The notes under the pieces are model-generated. The model made no database searches. It was not told the DNA's origin and saw only the letters and a program-made list of their open reading frames with translations. From IMG/VR virus record IMGVR_UViG_3300028559_000033, positions 4,613-68,612 of that record: DNA of 64,000 nt; one strand, 5' to 3'. This document shows positions 16,363-26,234 of the stretch, piece after piece (the first letter of the stretch is position 1; each line of letters begins with the position of its first letter). Origin of the DNA: a virus. A program made the translations under genes and the position numbers.

Positions 16363-18339
16363 TTAGGAATTTCTACCATTTGTTAAACCTCTAGAAAACC
16401 AATAATTTACGGTACTATTTCCTCTTCTACTTGTAGTGGCTACGTCATTTGAATAATCTAATCTATCTGTAGAACTGATGATATTATCTCCCGCCGTTCT
16501 TCCTCCCATAGAGAAGTATCCAAAGTTAGAATTTCCAGTATTTGCAACTCGAAATGTATCTAAATTAATCCGAACACTGGCTACATTGGTATCATTAGAG
16601 TAATCAATTCTTTCGATAAATGTTATTTGTATTGGAGATACTCCTCTAGCGGCTCCGATATATCCAAAATTATTGTTCCCGACAGCAGTAGACTCAGATT
16701 TAGCAAAAATTAACTTACCCTTATTTAAAGTAGTTGAAGTATCATTTGAAAATTGGAATCTATCAATATTTGAACGAGCATTTCCTCCACCAATATCACC
16801 ACCGCCAGAATAATATGCAAAGTTTGAGTTTTGAGAAATTGCATAATGATTTGAGCCTACAACTCGGTTTCCCCGAACTACAGTGGTTACACTATCATCA
16901 GAATAGCTTAATCTACTAATACTCGTATACTGATTAAAATATGCAAAAGAACTTGATGTGCAACCTCTTGTATAGTACGAAGCAGAACTTAATGGCCCTC
17001 TATCTATTGAACCTGAAATGTCATTTGCATAATCTACTCTGTCTACGGTAGTAATAATTGCGGAAGGTATGTCAACTCTTCCTCCCGCAATATATCCAAA
17101 ATTTGAATTTCCTGTTGTTTGATGCTGCCATCTATTCTGAGAAAGAGGTCCTCTATTAGTAGAAACTACTGAATCATTTGAAAATTGTATACGAGTATTT
17201 GTAGAAAATATAGTAGGTCCATTCGTTCCGCCCACAAAATATCCAAAACTTCCTAAAGCTCTTTTTTGTGGAACGGTTGAAGCATTAGATAAATTATAGT
17301 TTATATTATTTTGAATTTGTGTAGGTAGAGTTGTGATATTGGAAGTGTTTGGAGCACCACCAAAGTATGAAGATGAATGTGCAACTCTCCCACTCGTAGA
17401 TGAAGTAGGAAAAACTGAGCGTGTGGGCGTTACAATAGTATCATTTGAATAATCTATTCTTAATATGTTACTAGTACTAATACTTTGAAAGCTAACATCA
17501 CCAAGCCAACCGAAATTTGAATTTCCTTCTCCACTATATTGTGCGAAAAGTTTAGATATAAATCCTCTTGATGAAAATCCAGAAGTATCATTTGAAAAAT
17601 CATTACGAGAAATTTGAGTAAAACTAATATAAGTAATCCAACCATATATAGAATTCCCCACACCTCCACCAACATCAGTACGAGATAGAGTTCCTCTAAA
17701 AGATACTAAATTGGTGTCATTTGCATAGGAACTTCTATTAAAAGTGGTAGTCCCCAAGGAAGTTGCAGTAAATTTACCATAATTACGACAATAATTGATA
17801 TCTCCACAAGAAAGTCCTTGATACGAGGGTATATTTAAATTTCCTCTAGATATTGCTGCATTGCTATCATTAGCATAATTAATTCTAGAGATTGATGAAG
17901 ATGCCATTGCAGCTGGTATGTCAGATCCACCCAAAACATATCCAAAATTCGAATTTCCAGCGGAAGTAGCCCATCTACCAATACTATGAGCAAGTGAACC
18001 ACGAATTGTAGCTATGGTTATATCTGACTTGTAGTCTATACGATATACACTTGAAATTAGTTTACCAGCACAATAGTATCCAAAATTTAAATTGCTACAC
18101 GCAGTTCCATCTCTAACATTAGCAGGAATTCCTGAACGTTGGGAAACTCCTCGAGTATCATTAGAGTGGTCAAATCTAAATATTGTAGATATTCTCGAAA
18201 AAGTTCGAAGTACATATCCACCAGAAAAATATCCATACTCACTATAAGATTCTCTAGTTCTAGATGAAATTCTATTATCTAAGGAACGACTTCTATGTTG
18301 CCCTAGCGAAAATATTCCTTGTGTATTAATTTCCGCCAT
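16363..18339 (-). CDS. Kelch-like beta-propeller repeat protein, 12 repeats (paralogue 3)
   Basis: Twelve ~48-aa units GNSNFGY..GG....I.R.DYSNDT....RG.L in two groups of six joined by an FGGAP Thr/Asn linker; N-terminal GIFSL. Confidence 0.8.
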   Translation of the reverse strand: MAEINTQGIFSLGQHRSRSLDNRISSRTRESYSEYGYFSGGYVLRTFSRISTIFRFDHSNDTRGVSQRSGIPANVRDGTACSNLNFGYYCAGKLISSVYRIDYKSDITIATIRGSLAHSIGRWATSAGNSNFGYVLGGSDIPAAMASSSISRINYANDSNAAISRGNLNIPSYQGLSCGDINYCRNYGKFTATSLGTTTFNRSSYANDTNLVSFRGTLSRTDVGGGVGNSIYGWITYISFTQISRNDFSNDTSGFSSRGFISKLFAQYSGEGNSNFGWLGDVSFQSISTSNILRIDYSNDTIVTPTRSVFPTSSTSGRVAHSSSYFGGAPNTSNITTLPTQIQNNINYNLSNASTVPQKRALGSFGYFVGGTNGPTIFSTNTRIQFSNDSVVSTNRGPLSQNRWQHQTTGNSNFGYIAGGRVDIPSAIITTVDRVDYANDISGSIDRGPLSSASYYTRGCTSSSFAYFNQYTSISRLSYSDDSVTTVVRGNRVVGSNHYAISQNSNFAYYSGGGDIGGGNARSNIDRFQFSNDTSTTLNKGKLIFAKSESTAVGNNNFGYIGAARGVSPIQITFIERIDYSNDTNVASVRINLDTFRVANTGNSNFGYFSMGGRTAGDNIISSTDRLDYSNDVATTSRRGNSTVNYWFSRGLTNGRNS

Positions 18340-18364
18340 AAAATTATTGATACTTTTTTAGTAT

Positions 18365-19213
18365 TTAGGCCTTTAAGTAATGATTGAACTTTATATCTCT
18401 CCAGAATTCCAAATTATTATACTTATTCAAAACATAATCACTCAATACCTCTTCTGGAGCGTTACTTATTTTTTCAATTTTTCTTCTAACAGAGTGCATT
18501 CCCGCAAGATTATAATAAAAGATATCATCCTCAGGAAATTCATTCTCTAAATTATTCAATGAATACTCATATCTTTCAAGATTTAAAAAATCATGAATTT
18601 CATTTAAAATTTCAACTGGAGTTTTCACCAAGTCATCATACTCATAGACATATAAGCAATTCTGCTCACCAGTCTTATATGCTCTAGAGAGAGCCCATAG
18701 AGATTCATCTACAATTCCAATTCCAGGACTCATTAAGTAATCACACCGATTATCATCCGTTAATTCAAGATTTTTTTCTTTTAAATACTGGTCTATAAAA
18801 GAGACTGAATCTGAATTTTTATGAATCAGAGTAATAAAACTGGTAAGAATATCCAAGACTCCTCTCACTGGGCAAATGATTTTAATATCTTCAGTTACAT
18901 ATTGACGAAATCTTTCAATATTATTTGGAATTGCCCGATTATGGTCCAAAATAATAGACTTACCATTTTGATTCATTATAGGCTCATAAAAATTATTCAC
19001 AATTTGAGAAAGAACATTATAACAACTTTCTGGTCTTGGATAAGACTTCATCATTTCACTATGATTATCAAAATAACTCTGAGTGTAATAGAGTAATTCA
19101 ACTGATGGTGAAATTGGTCCTGCGTAAATTTCTGAATGAGTATTTAAAATTGTTCTGGTTAATGTGGACCCACTTCTTGGAAGTCCAGCCATAAATCTAT
19201 AAGTATATTTCAT
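18365..19213 (-). CDS. PAPS-dependent sulfotransferase
   Basis: 5'-PSB motif GLPRSGSTL, 3'-PB-like motif CPVRGVLDILTS, and YDDLV..P. Confidence 0.9.
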   Translation of the reverse strand: MKYTYRFMAGLPRSGSTLTRTILNTHSEIYAGPISPSVELLYYTQSYFDNHSEMMKSYPRPESCYNVLSQIVNNFYEPIMNQNGKSIILDHNRAIPNNIERFRQYVTEDIKIICPVRGVLDILTSFITLIHKNSDSVSFIDQYLKEKNLELTDDNRCDYLMSPGIGIVDESLWALSRAYKTGEQNCLYVYEYDDLVKTPVEILNEIHDFLNLERYEYSLNNLENEFPEDDIFYYNLAGMHSVRRKIEKISNAPEEVLSDYVLNKYNNLEFWRDIKFNHYLKA

Positions 19214-19232
19214 AATTTAAAATTTTCAATTA

Positions 19233-21236
19233 TTATAGCATAGAATTGGTAGTTGCAGCGTGACTATTTACACCAAAACTCAATGGTCCTCTTATGGATG
19301 GTGAATTTGTATCATTCGCATAATCAATTCTTTCAACTCTAGTCAAAAGTCCATCAAGAACTCCTCTTCCTCCAGAAAAATATCCGAAATTAGAAGTTCC
19401 TGTTGCAGCTGACGCATATGTACTTCCACTCAATGTTCCTCTAGTGATAGAAATTGTAGTATCATTTGAATAATCTATACGGTCAATAGTTGAATGATTA
19501 CTCCCAGAAGTACCACCTGCAACATAACCAAAATTTAAATTCCCAGAAGCTCCAGACAATCTTCTCGCTAAAGTTATATTTCCACGAACTGATGCCGTTG
19601 CTAAATCATTTGAATAATTGATTCTATCAACTATAGAATAATACGAAGCAGAGTTTCCTCCAACAGTGTATCCAAAATTTAAAATTCCTAATCCACACGC
19701 ACTATTACGCAAAATCGAGCCATTTCCTCTTTGAGTAGAGTTTAAATTATCATTAGAGTAATTATATCTTTCTATAGTTGTAGTATTAGTTCCACTCATT
19801 ATATACGAAAACTGATTAGAACCAGTTGCAATACAATTATGACGAATAGTCACTAACTTAGCTCTATCTACCGAACCTAAAGTATCATTTGAATATTGAA
19901 TTCTGTCGATATTTGATATTAGTGTAGCTGGCTCCGCGAATCCACCATAATGATACCCAAAATTTTTATTTGAAGAAGAAGCTAAATTTCTTCGCCCAAG
20001 TGCAATTGACGACCGAATGGGTATGTTTAATGTATCTGTGGAGTATTGTAATCTTGATATACAACTAGTGTTTGTAACACTTGGAGTATATGCCGTAAGT
20101 CCTCCTCCAAAGTATCCATAAGAAAGTAAAGCATTTTTTCTGACGCTATATGATGTGGTATCTGAAGGCGACTTCATTCTCTGATTATCAAAGAAACTTT
20201 GCCTTCCTGCTCCAGAATATTGTGAGACTGACGCACCACCAAATGAACCTTTAGTTATATTAGCTTGAGTGGAATTTCTATTTTGAAATAATGGCCCACG
20301 AATACTCATAATATTAGTATCATTTGAGTAATCCAATCTCTCTACGATTGAATTGTCTACACCACCATTAATTTGAACCCCACCAGAATAATATCCAAAA
20401 CTAGAAGTACCTGAAGCAGACAAATATCCACGAGCAGCACTCAACGAACCTCTTATAACTGGAAACACTAAATCATTTACATATGTAATTCTACCCGTGG
20501 TTGATATTATAGCAAATGGGGGAATATACTGTCCACCCGAAACGTATCCAAAATTCTCATTTCCTGTAGTTGCATTCAATCTACAGGCAAATAAGAATGA
20601 ACCACGTGAACTAACTGTAGCTAAATCATTGCTATAATTGAATCTTCTTATAGTACTGGTTGCGAATCCACCACCACCACTAAGGCTTGCAGTATCTCCA
20701 CCAATACTCCAAGCATAGTTTATATTTTGCCCACTAGTACCACGAATTCCCCAGACTAAATCATTTCCACGAATGAGAGTAGGAACAGTGTCATCTGAAT
20801 AATTAATACGACTGATTTTTGATGTAGCTCCAGCAATAAACCACCCATAATCTTTAGTTCCTCCTACGTTTCCACCACGCCTGTTTAAAATAGAATCCAC
20901 ACATCTGAATTGAACCGAAGCAGTATCGTTTAAATAATTTAATCTATATATTCTACTGAACCCATAATCATCCGAATGATATGCAAAATTGGAATTTCCA
21001 ACCACAGAGGTATATATAGAAGGTGCAAGTATAAATCCCCTGTTAGAATTAGTTGTTGTATCAGTACTATAATCCTTTCTTTCAATATTGGTTGGAAAGA
21101 AATTCGCCAGCCGATTCCGACCAGAAAATAAATACCCATACTCACTATAAGATTCTCTAGTTCTAGATGAAATATCTAAACTTAAATTTTTATTATAATG
21201 AGTACTTAGGGAGAAAATCCCAGCATTATTAGGCAT
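19233..21236 (-). CDS. Kelch-like beta-propeller repeat protein, 12 repeats (paralogue 2)
   Basis: Same repeat, 6+6 units; N-terminal GIFSL...ISSRTRESYSEYGY; TAAATA upstream near 21262. Confidence 0.8.
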   Translation of the reverse strand: MPNNAGIFSLSTHYNKNLSLDISSRTRESYSEYGYLFSGRNRLANFFPTNIERKDYSTDTTTNSNRGFILAPSIYTSVVGNSNFAYHSDDYGFSRIYRLNYLNDTASVQFRCVDSILNRRGGNVGGTKDYGWFIAGATSKISRINYSDDTVPTLIRGNDLVWGIRGTSGQNINYAWSIGGDTASLSGGGGFATSTIRRFNYSNDLATVSSRGSFLFACRLNATTGNENFGYVSGGQYIPPFAIISTTGRITYVNDLVFPVIRGSLSAARGYLSASGTSSFGYYSGGVQINGGVDNSIVERLDYSNDTNIMSIRGPLFQNRNSTQANITKGSFGGASVSQYSGAGRQSFFDNQRMKSPSDTTSYSVRKNALLSYGYFGGGLTAYTPSVTNTSCISRLQYSTDTLNIPIRSSIALGRRNLASSSNKNFGYHYGGFAEPATLISNIDRIQYSNDTLGSVDRAKLVTIRHNCIATGSNQFSYIMSGTNTTTIERYNYSNDNLNSTQRGNGSILRNSACGLGILNFGYTVGGNSASYYSIVDRINYSNDLATASVRGNITLARRLSGASGNLNFGYVAGGTSGSNHSTIDRIDYSNDTTISITRGTLSGSTYASAATGTSNFGYFSGGRGVLDGLLTRVERIDYANDTNSPSIRGPLSFGVNSHAATTNSML

Positions 21237-21275
21237 TATTCCCCATAAGAACTATAATAAGTATTTATTTCCTTA

Positions 21276-22208
21276 TCATTCTTTCACAACCTCAGTGGAA
21301 TCTTCTAGTTGTGGAACTTCTTCAACGGAACCCGAGAGTGAAAGTTCACGAAATGCTTTCATTCGTTCTTGAATAAGTTGCGCTCTTTCCTCAGTAGGTA
21401 GAAAATTACCCGCACCCAGATTTACTCCCATTACATCTTCATAACCTTGAATTACATTCTTCTCTAGTTCACTTACGAACTTCATACGACCTTCTGTGGA
21501 AGTTAATGCTTCTCCTAGAGATGGGAATCCATTGTTGAATTGATTTCTCTTATCCACCAAAGCAGGAGCAGTAGACCTACGAACACTGTGAATGTTACCA
21601 ATACTACATCCAAGTTGAGAACCAAGAATTTCGTCTAACATCTGTTCACTAAATCTACCCTTCCAGTAATTCTCTTCATTCGCAAGGAATTGTTCTCTAG
21701 ATACGGGATTTCCTCCATTACGTTCAGTAAGTTCCGCAAGCATTTTATCCAAATGTTCAATTTGATAAAGCCTATCTCTCACTTCTAGTTCACTAGAGCG
21801 TAGAAAATGTTCCAATTGCATTTGGTCCAAATCATACCAACACAACTTCTTTCCACCGCCTCCCATTGCGCTATATTCCCATTGAATAGGTTCAGAATGG
21901 CTCTGGTCTTTCCACTTATATTCAAATTCTCTGACCTTTTCTTGCATTTCAAGAAGTTTACTCATCAATCCTTCCGCCATCTGACGACGAGATTTGAGAA
22001 CACTTTCATATGCACTTTCTAAAGTGTAGGTTTCTAGAAGTGCAAACTTTTCTAATTGGAAATTAGTTCTACCTTGAGCAAGCTCCTTATCAATCTCGTG
22101 GTATCTATAAACATTTTCAAATGCTTTTTTGAGATATTCACCAGATTTATCTCCAACTGCTTCTTCAACTGTTCTAAATCCTAAACTATTTTCAGGTAAT
22201 ATGGACAT
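21276..22208 (-). CDS. Hypothetical helical / coiled-coil protein (310 aa)
   Basis: Glu/Leu-rich helical sequence, GRTNFQLEKF segment; no recognisable catalytic motif. Confidence 0.7.
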   Translation of the reverse strand: MSILPENSLGFRTVEEAVGDKSGEYLKKAFENVYRYHEIDKELAQGRTNFQLEKFALLETYTLESAYESVLKSRRQMAEGLMSKLLEMQEKVREFEYKWKDQSHSEPIQWEYSAMGGGGKKLCWYDLDQMQLEHFLRSSELEVRDRLYQIEHLDKMLAELTERNGGNPVSREQFLANEENYWKGRFSEQMLDEILGSQLGCSIGNIHSVRRSTAPALVDKRNQFNNGFPSLGEALTSTEGRMKFVSELEKNVIQGYEDVMGVNLGAGNFLPTEERAQLIQERMKAFRELSLSGSVEEVPQLEDSTEVVKE

Positions 22209-22239
22209 AAAAATTCAACTCCAATAAAATTCAAACGAT

Positions 22240-23292
22240 TTAACTACCGTATTTAGCAAAGTTAAAATAACTTATACTGGGTTTAGTCACACTTGGTGAT
22301 GTAAATACTACATCTTCTGTATAAGTCTGACTCAATCTACTTGATGACTTTAATATTTTATTTCCAAATCCTACGCCAGAGGATTTATTTTGCAATTTAT
22401 GAATTAAGTTTTCCCAAGTTTTTGCGATATTCTTCCAATCATAAGATTTTTCAATCCAATCACTACAAGACTGAGATACTTGATTATAGATTTCTTTTTC
22501 ATTATCAAAATAATCCAAAGCCATACAAGTTGCCTCTACAAAGTTGGAGATAAACTTCTCTGTAACTTCATAACCTTTTGGTGTTCGGGTTCCTTCAATT
22601 GGAACTACTGTCGCTAAATTTGGACCTGCAATTTCCTCTAAAGCTCCAATATCAGTAATAATGGGATATGCTCCACATCTCATTGCTTCACACATTGAAA
22701 CTCCAAAAGTTTCTTCCCAAATACAAGGACTTATAAAAAATGCAGACTCTTGATAATGAAAAATCAATAATTCTCTATCTATTGCTCGGGAATATTTCAC
22801 ATTTGGAAGTGCTTTGAGTTTTTCGTATAATTCAATATATGAATCAATTTGTGGACCATATAAAGACATAGATGAAAATATTCTAAAGATTGCGTCTGGA
22901 TGTCTTTGATGAACTAATGGAATAATCTGAGCAAGAATGGGAAGTGCTTTATAAGGAATAGAGGTATATATGAGTTGCTTTTGTTTCTGATTTGAATATG
23001 TGTAAATTGAATCCACTCCATTTGGAATGACTGTAATTTTATTTTCTGGAACTTTATGATATTTTTGAAGAGTTTCCTTTGCCCAATATGATGGAGTAAC
23101 AATATGAGTTATATCATCGTGAGTAAAATTATGATAAACCTGCTGGTCATATGCGTGATGAGCCCAGAGAATTTTAATTGAAGAGGATTTACTTTTAAGT
23201 TTCTGTGGTAAATGTGAAACTAAAACATTCTCTGGAAATTGATAATATTGTGAAAGATACGTATACGCAGTCTCAGTAGCACCAGAAATCAT
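22240..23292 (-). CDS. Glycosyltransferase, GT-B fold (GT4-like)
   Basis: GATE N-terminus, VIPNG, LIYTS.P.K.L, and EETFGVSMCEAMRCG (E-x7-E signature). Confidence 0.9.
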   Translation of the reverse strand: MISGATETAYTYLSQYYQFPENVLVSHLPQKLKSKSSSIKILWAHHAYDQQVYHNFTHDDITHIVTPSYWAKETLQKYHKVPENKITVIPNGVDSIYTYSNQKQKQLIYTSIPYKALPILAQIIPLVHQRHPDAIFRIFSSMSLYGPQIDSYIELYEKLKALPNVKYSRAIDRELLIFHYQESAFFISPCIWEETFGVSMCEAMRCGAYPIITDIGALEEIAGPNLATVVPIEGTRTPKGYEVTEKFISNFVEATCMALDYFDNEKEIYNQVSQSCSDWIEKSYDWKNIAKTWENLIHKLQNKSSGVGFGNKILKSSSRLSQTYTEDVVFTSPSVTKPSISYFNFAKYGS

Positions 23293-23321
23293 TGTGAATT
23301 ATAATATAAGTATAGTATATA

Positions 23322-26231
23322 TTAGGAATTTCTTGCATTTGTGGTTGCAACAAAATCAGAACCAGATAATAGTATTGGGCCTCTAATTGATGCCAATAAA
23401 GTATCATTAGAATAATTTATACGGTCGGTTCTTGTACTAACTGAAGCAAACCATCCAAAATTGGAATTTCCAGTCGCTACCAATGCATTAATACTTTGTG
23501 TTAATGGACCTCTTGGTAATAATATTTGTAGGTCATTGGAATAATCTATACGTTCCAATGAAGATAGCGTACTTACTCCATTATTTCCACCACCAAAATA
23601 CCCAAAATTGGAGTTTCCTGCGGCCCCAAATGTTGTAATAAAGTTAAGATTTCTTACAGACAATAAATTTGCTCTTATATTTGGGACAACCCCATCATTA
23701 GAATAACTCAATCTTTCTATCATCGTAGTTCTAACGTTGCTGACATTTAAAACCCCTCCCCCATAATACCCAAAATTTATATTTCCAACAGGGCTCATTA
23801 CACATTTACTTTGTATTAAATTTGTGCGGAGAGTGCCGATAGAAGTATCATTAGAAAAAGTTAGTCTAGCTATATTTGTTCTAGTAGTTCCAAGAGCAAT
23901 ACCTCCAGCAAAATACCCAAAGTTAGTTCCACATAATCCAGACCTAAATCTAAAAGAAGACTCCAATGGACCCCTAGTATTAACTATATTGTCATTAGTG
24001 TAATTTAATCTCTCTACAGTAGATACTCCCGATGTGTCTGAAAGATACCCACCACCAAAGTAGCCATAATTTCTATTTCCAATTGCACTAATATTCTGTC
24101 TAACCAACGATAAGAAACTTCTGGGTGATGCAGCAACCAAATCATTTGAGAAATCCAATCTTTGTTGCCCAGAATTTGATGTAGTACCAACAAAGTATCC
24201 AAAACTACCTAAAACTCTTTTTTGAGGAACGATTAATGCATTATTCGGGTCTCTATTCAACATAGAATTAATATATGTCGGAATAGGACTGGTAGTGGTA
24301 CTCGGGGCACCTCCATAAGATTGAGACGATGTAGATGCAATATATTCCCGAGTTACAGTAAGAGGCCCACGTATTGTAGAAATCTGAGTATCAGAAGAGT
24401 AGTCAATCTTATCTATCGTACTATATCTTCCAATAGAATTAAATCCTCCAGCAAAATATCCAGAATTTGAATTTCCAGTAGCTCCCATTGCGGACCTATC
24501 ATTAGAAATTGTGCCTACTCTCAATAAACTTGCAGTATCATTTGCATAATTTATTTTTTCAGTGAGTAAAATATTTGTGGGACTTGTGGTTGTACCATTT
24601 ACAACATAGCCAAAGTTTTCATTTCCAGTAGCACTGGATGAAAATCTTTGAGTAGAAACATTTCGGACTTGATTTACACTGGTATCATTTGAGTAATCTA
24701 ATCTACTTAAAATCGTAGTAGATGCCGAAGCTCCACCAGTAAAGTATCCATAATTTATATTACTCAATCCAATCAAATCCTGTCTTCCCACATTCAATGG
24801 ACCACGAGTAATTGCAGCAACTAAATCACTGGAGTATGAGACTCTATCAATAGAGGAGATTCCATTAGACCCAGCAAAATACCCAAAGTTTGAAGTTCCA
24901 GTCGCAGCAAATCTTGTTCGGACAATAGAGAGTGGTCCTCTTAAACTTGTAGTATTGGTATCTGTGAGATAATCTAAACGAGAGATACTTGAAACAGTTG
25001 GAGAACCTCCTCCCGCAAACCAACCAAAACTTGAATTTCCAGTGGAAGCCATTGAATTTAATGCTGAGAATAGCGTTCCACGTAGAGCAGCATTTTCAGT
25101 ATCATTTGCATAATCAATTCTACCCATATGAGAATAAATAGTAGAAATAGAGCCATCTATACCTCCACCAAAATATCCATATGGAGCGGTAGAAATCCAA
25201 GATTTTCCAAGATATGATTGGGGAGCACCACCAAATGAGTATGCTCCAACAGCAGCAAATCTACCCCAAGAAGAAGAAACCTTATTAATATCTCGATATA
25301 CGGGAGTATTTGTATCATTTGAATAATCTATTCTATTTGATTGCGTATTATTATTAGATTGATATACTGAATTATGAGATAAAGCATAATTTGAATTTCC
25401 ACTAGAAGCTACCACTCCACCAGCAGCATATGGTAATGGCCCACGAATTTGTGGAGTAACTAAATCATTGGAGTAATTTAAACGAGCGACTGTGGACAAG
25501 GATGAATAACTCACTTGTTGACCACTAATTATCCAACCAAAATTTGAGTTCCCAGCTCCTTGTGCAAACCGATGTATCGTAGGTAGAAAACTTCGGACTC
25601 TAGCAACATTCATATCATTCGCATATGTAATTCTAGATATTTTTGAGATGCTGATAGGAGATGAAATTCCTCCTCCTCCTGTTACCCAACCGAAATCTGA
25701 AGTACTATATGAACCTTGAAGTGCTATAGCTTGCTCTAATGGTCCTCTCATTGTTGGAGAAACTACATCATTTGCGTAATTGAGTCTCTCAACATTTGAT
25801 ATTAATTGCGGATTTTCATTCCATCCTCCAGAAAAATATCCGAAATTTATATTTCCAAAACCTGATCTACCTCTGCGAAGAAAAGTTGGAATCAAAGAAA
25901 CAGACCTAAATTGTGAAGCAATTAAATCATTTGAATAAGATATTCTTTGGAATGTAGTTTCAGGGTTTATATCTAAATATGCAAAATTTAAATTTGAACT
26001 GATTGCGCCAAGCCGCCAAGCAAGTGTACCTCTCCTAATTGTTCGGGTATCATTTGAAAAGTCAATTCGAAATGATGAAGACACGCCAATAGTAGGAACA
26101 CCATTGATGGCTCCTCCCACAAGATATTGATAGTTTCTATATGCTTCTCTGCTAGTATTCACCCAAAATCCTTCCTTCTGAAGTTCATAAACCTCACTTA
26201 AACTAAAAATATTAGTTCTTAGGTCAGACAT
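23322..26231 (-). CDS. Kelch-like beta-propeller repeat protein, 18 repeats (paralogue 1)
   Basis: Same repeat, 6+6+6 units with FGGAP/YGGAP linkers; N-terminal NIFSLSEVYELQKEGFW. Confidence 0.8.
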   Translation of the reverse strand: MSDLRTNIFSLSEVYELQKEGFWVNTSREAYRNYQYLVGGAINGVPTIGVSSSFRIDFSNDTRTIRRGTLAWRLGAISSNLNFAYLDINPETTFQRISYSNDLIASQFRSVSLIPTFLRRGRSGFGNINFGYFSGGWNENPQLISNVERLNYANDVVSPTMRGPLEQAIALQGSYSTSDFGWVTGGGGISSPISISKISRITYANDMNVARVRSFLPTIHRFAQGAGNSNFGWIISGQQVSYSSLSTVARLNYSNDLVTPQIRGPLPYAAGGVVASSGNSNYALSHNSVYQSNNNTQSNRIDYSNDTNTPVYRDINKVSSSWGRFAAVGAYSFGGAPQSYLGKSWISTAPYGYFGGGIDGSISTIYSHMGRIDYANDTENAALRGTLFSALNSMASTGNSSFGWFAGGGSPTVSSISRLDYLTDTNTTSLRGPLSIVRTRFAATGTSNFGYFAGSNGISSIDRVSYSSDLVAAITRGPLNVGRQDLIGLSNINYGYFTGGASASTTILSRLDYSNDTSVNQVRNVSTQRFSSSATGNENFGYVVNGTTTSPTNILLTEKINYANDTASLLRVGTISNDRSAMGATGNSNSGYFAGGFNSIGRYSTIDKIDYSSDTQISTIRGPLTVTREYIASTSSQSYGGAPSTTTSPIPTYINSMLNRDPNNALIVPQKRVLGSFGYFVGTTSNSGQQRLDFSNDLVAASPRSFLSLVRQNISAIGNRNYGYFGGGYLSDTSGVSTVERLNYTNDNIVNTRGPLESSFRFRSGLCGTNFGYFAGGIALGTTRTNIARLTFSNDTSIGTLRTNLIQSKCVMSPVGNINFGYYGGGVLNVSNVRTTMIERLSYSNDGVVPNIRANLLSVRNLNFITTFGAAGNSNFGYFGGGNNGVSTLSSLERIDYSNDLQILLPRGPLTQSINALVATGNSNFGWFASVSTRTDRINYSNDTLLASIRGPILLSGSDFVATTNARNS

Positions 26232-26234
26232 TCA

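Noticed and set aside
16363-26231. Diversity-generating retroelement or CRISPR array as explanation of the repeats
   Set aside because: No reverse transcriptase, no adenine-specific template/variable pair and no repeat-spacer periodicity; the repeats are protein-level and degenerate at synonymous sites.
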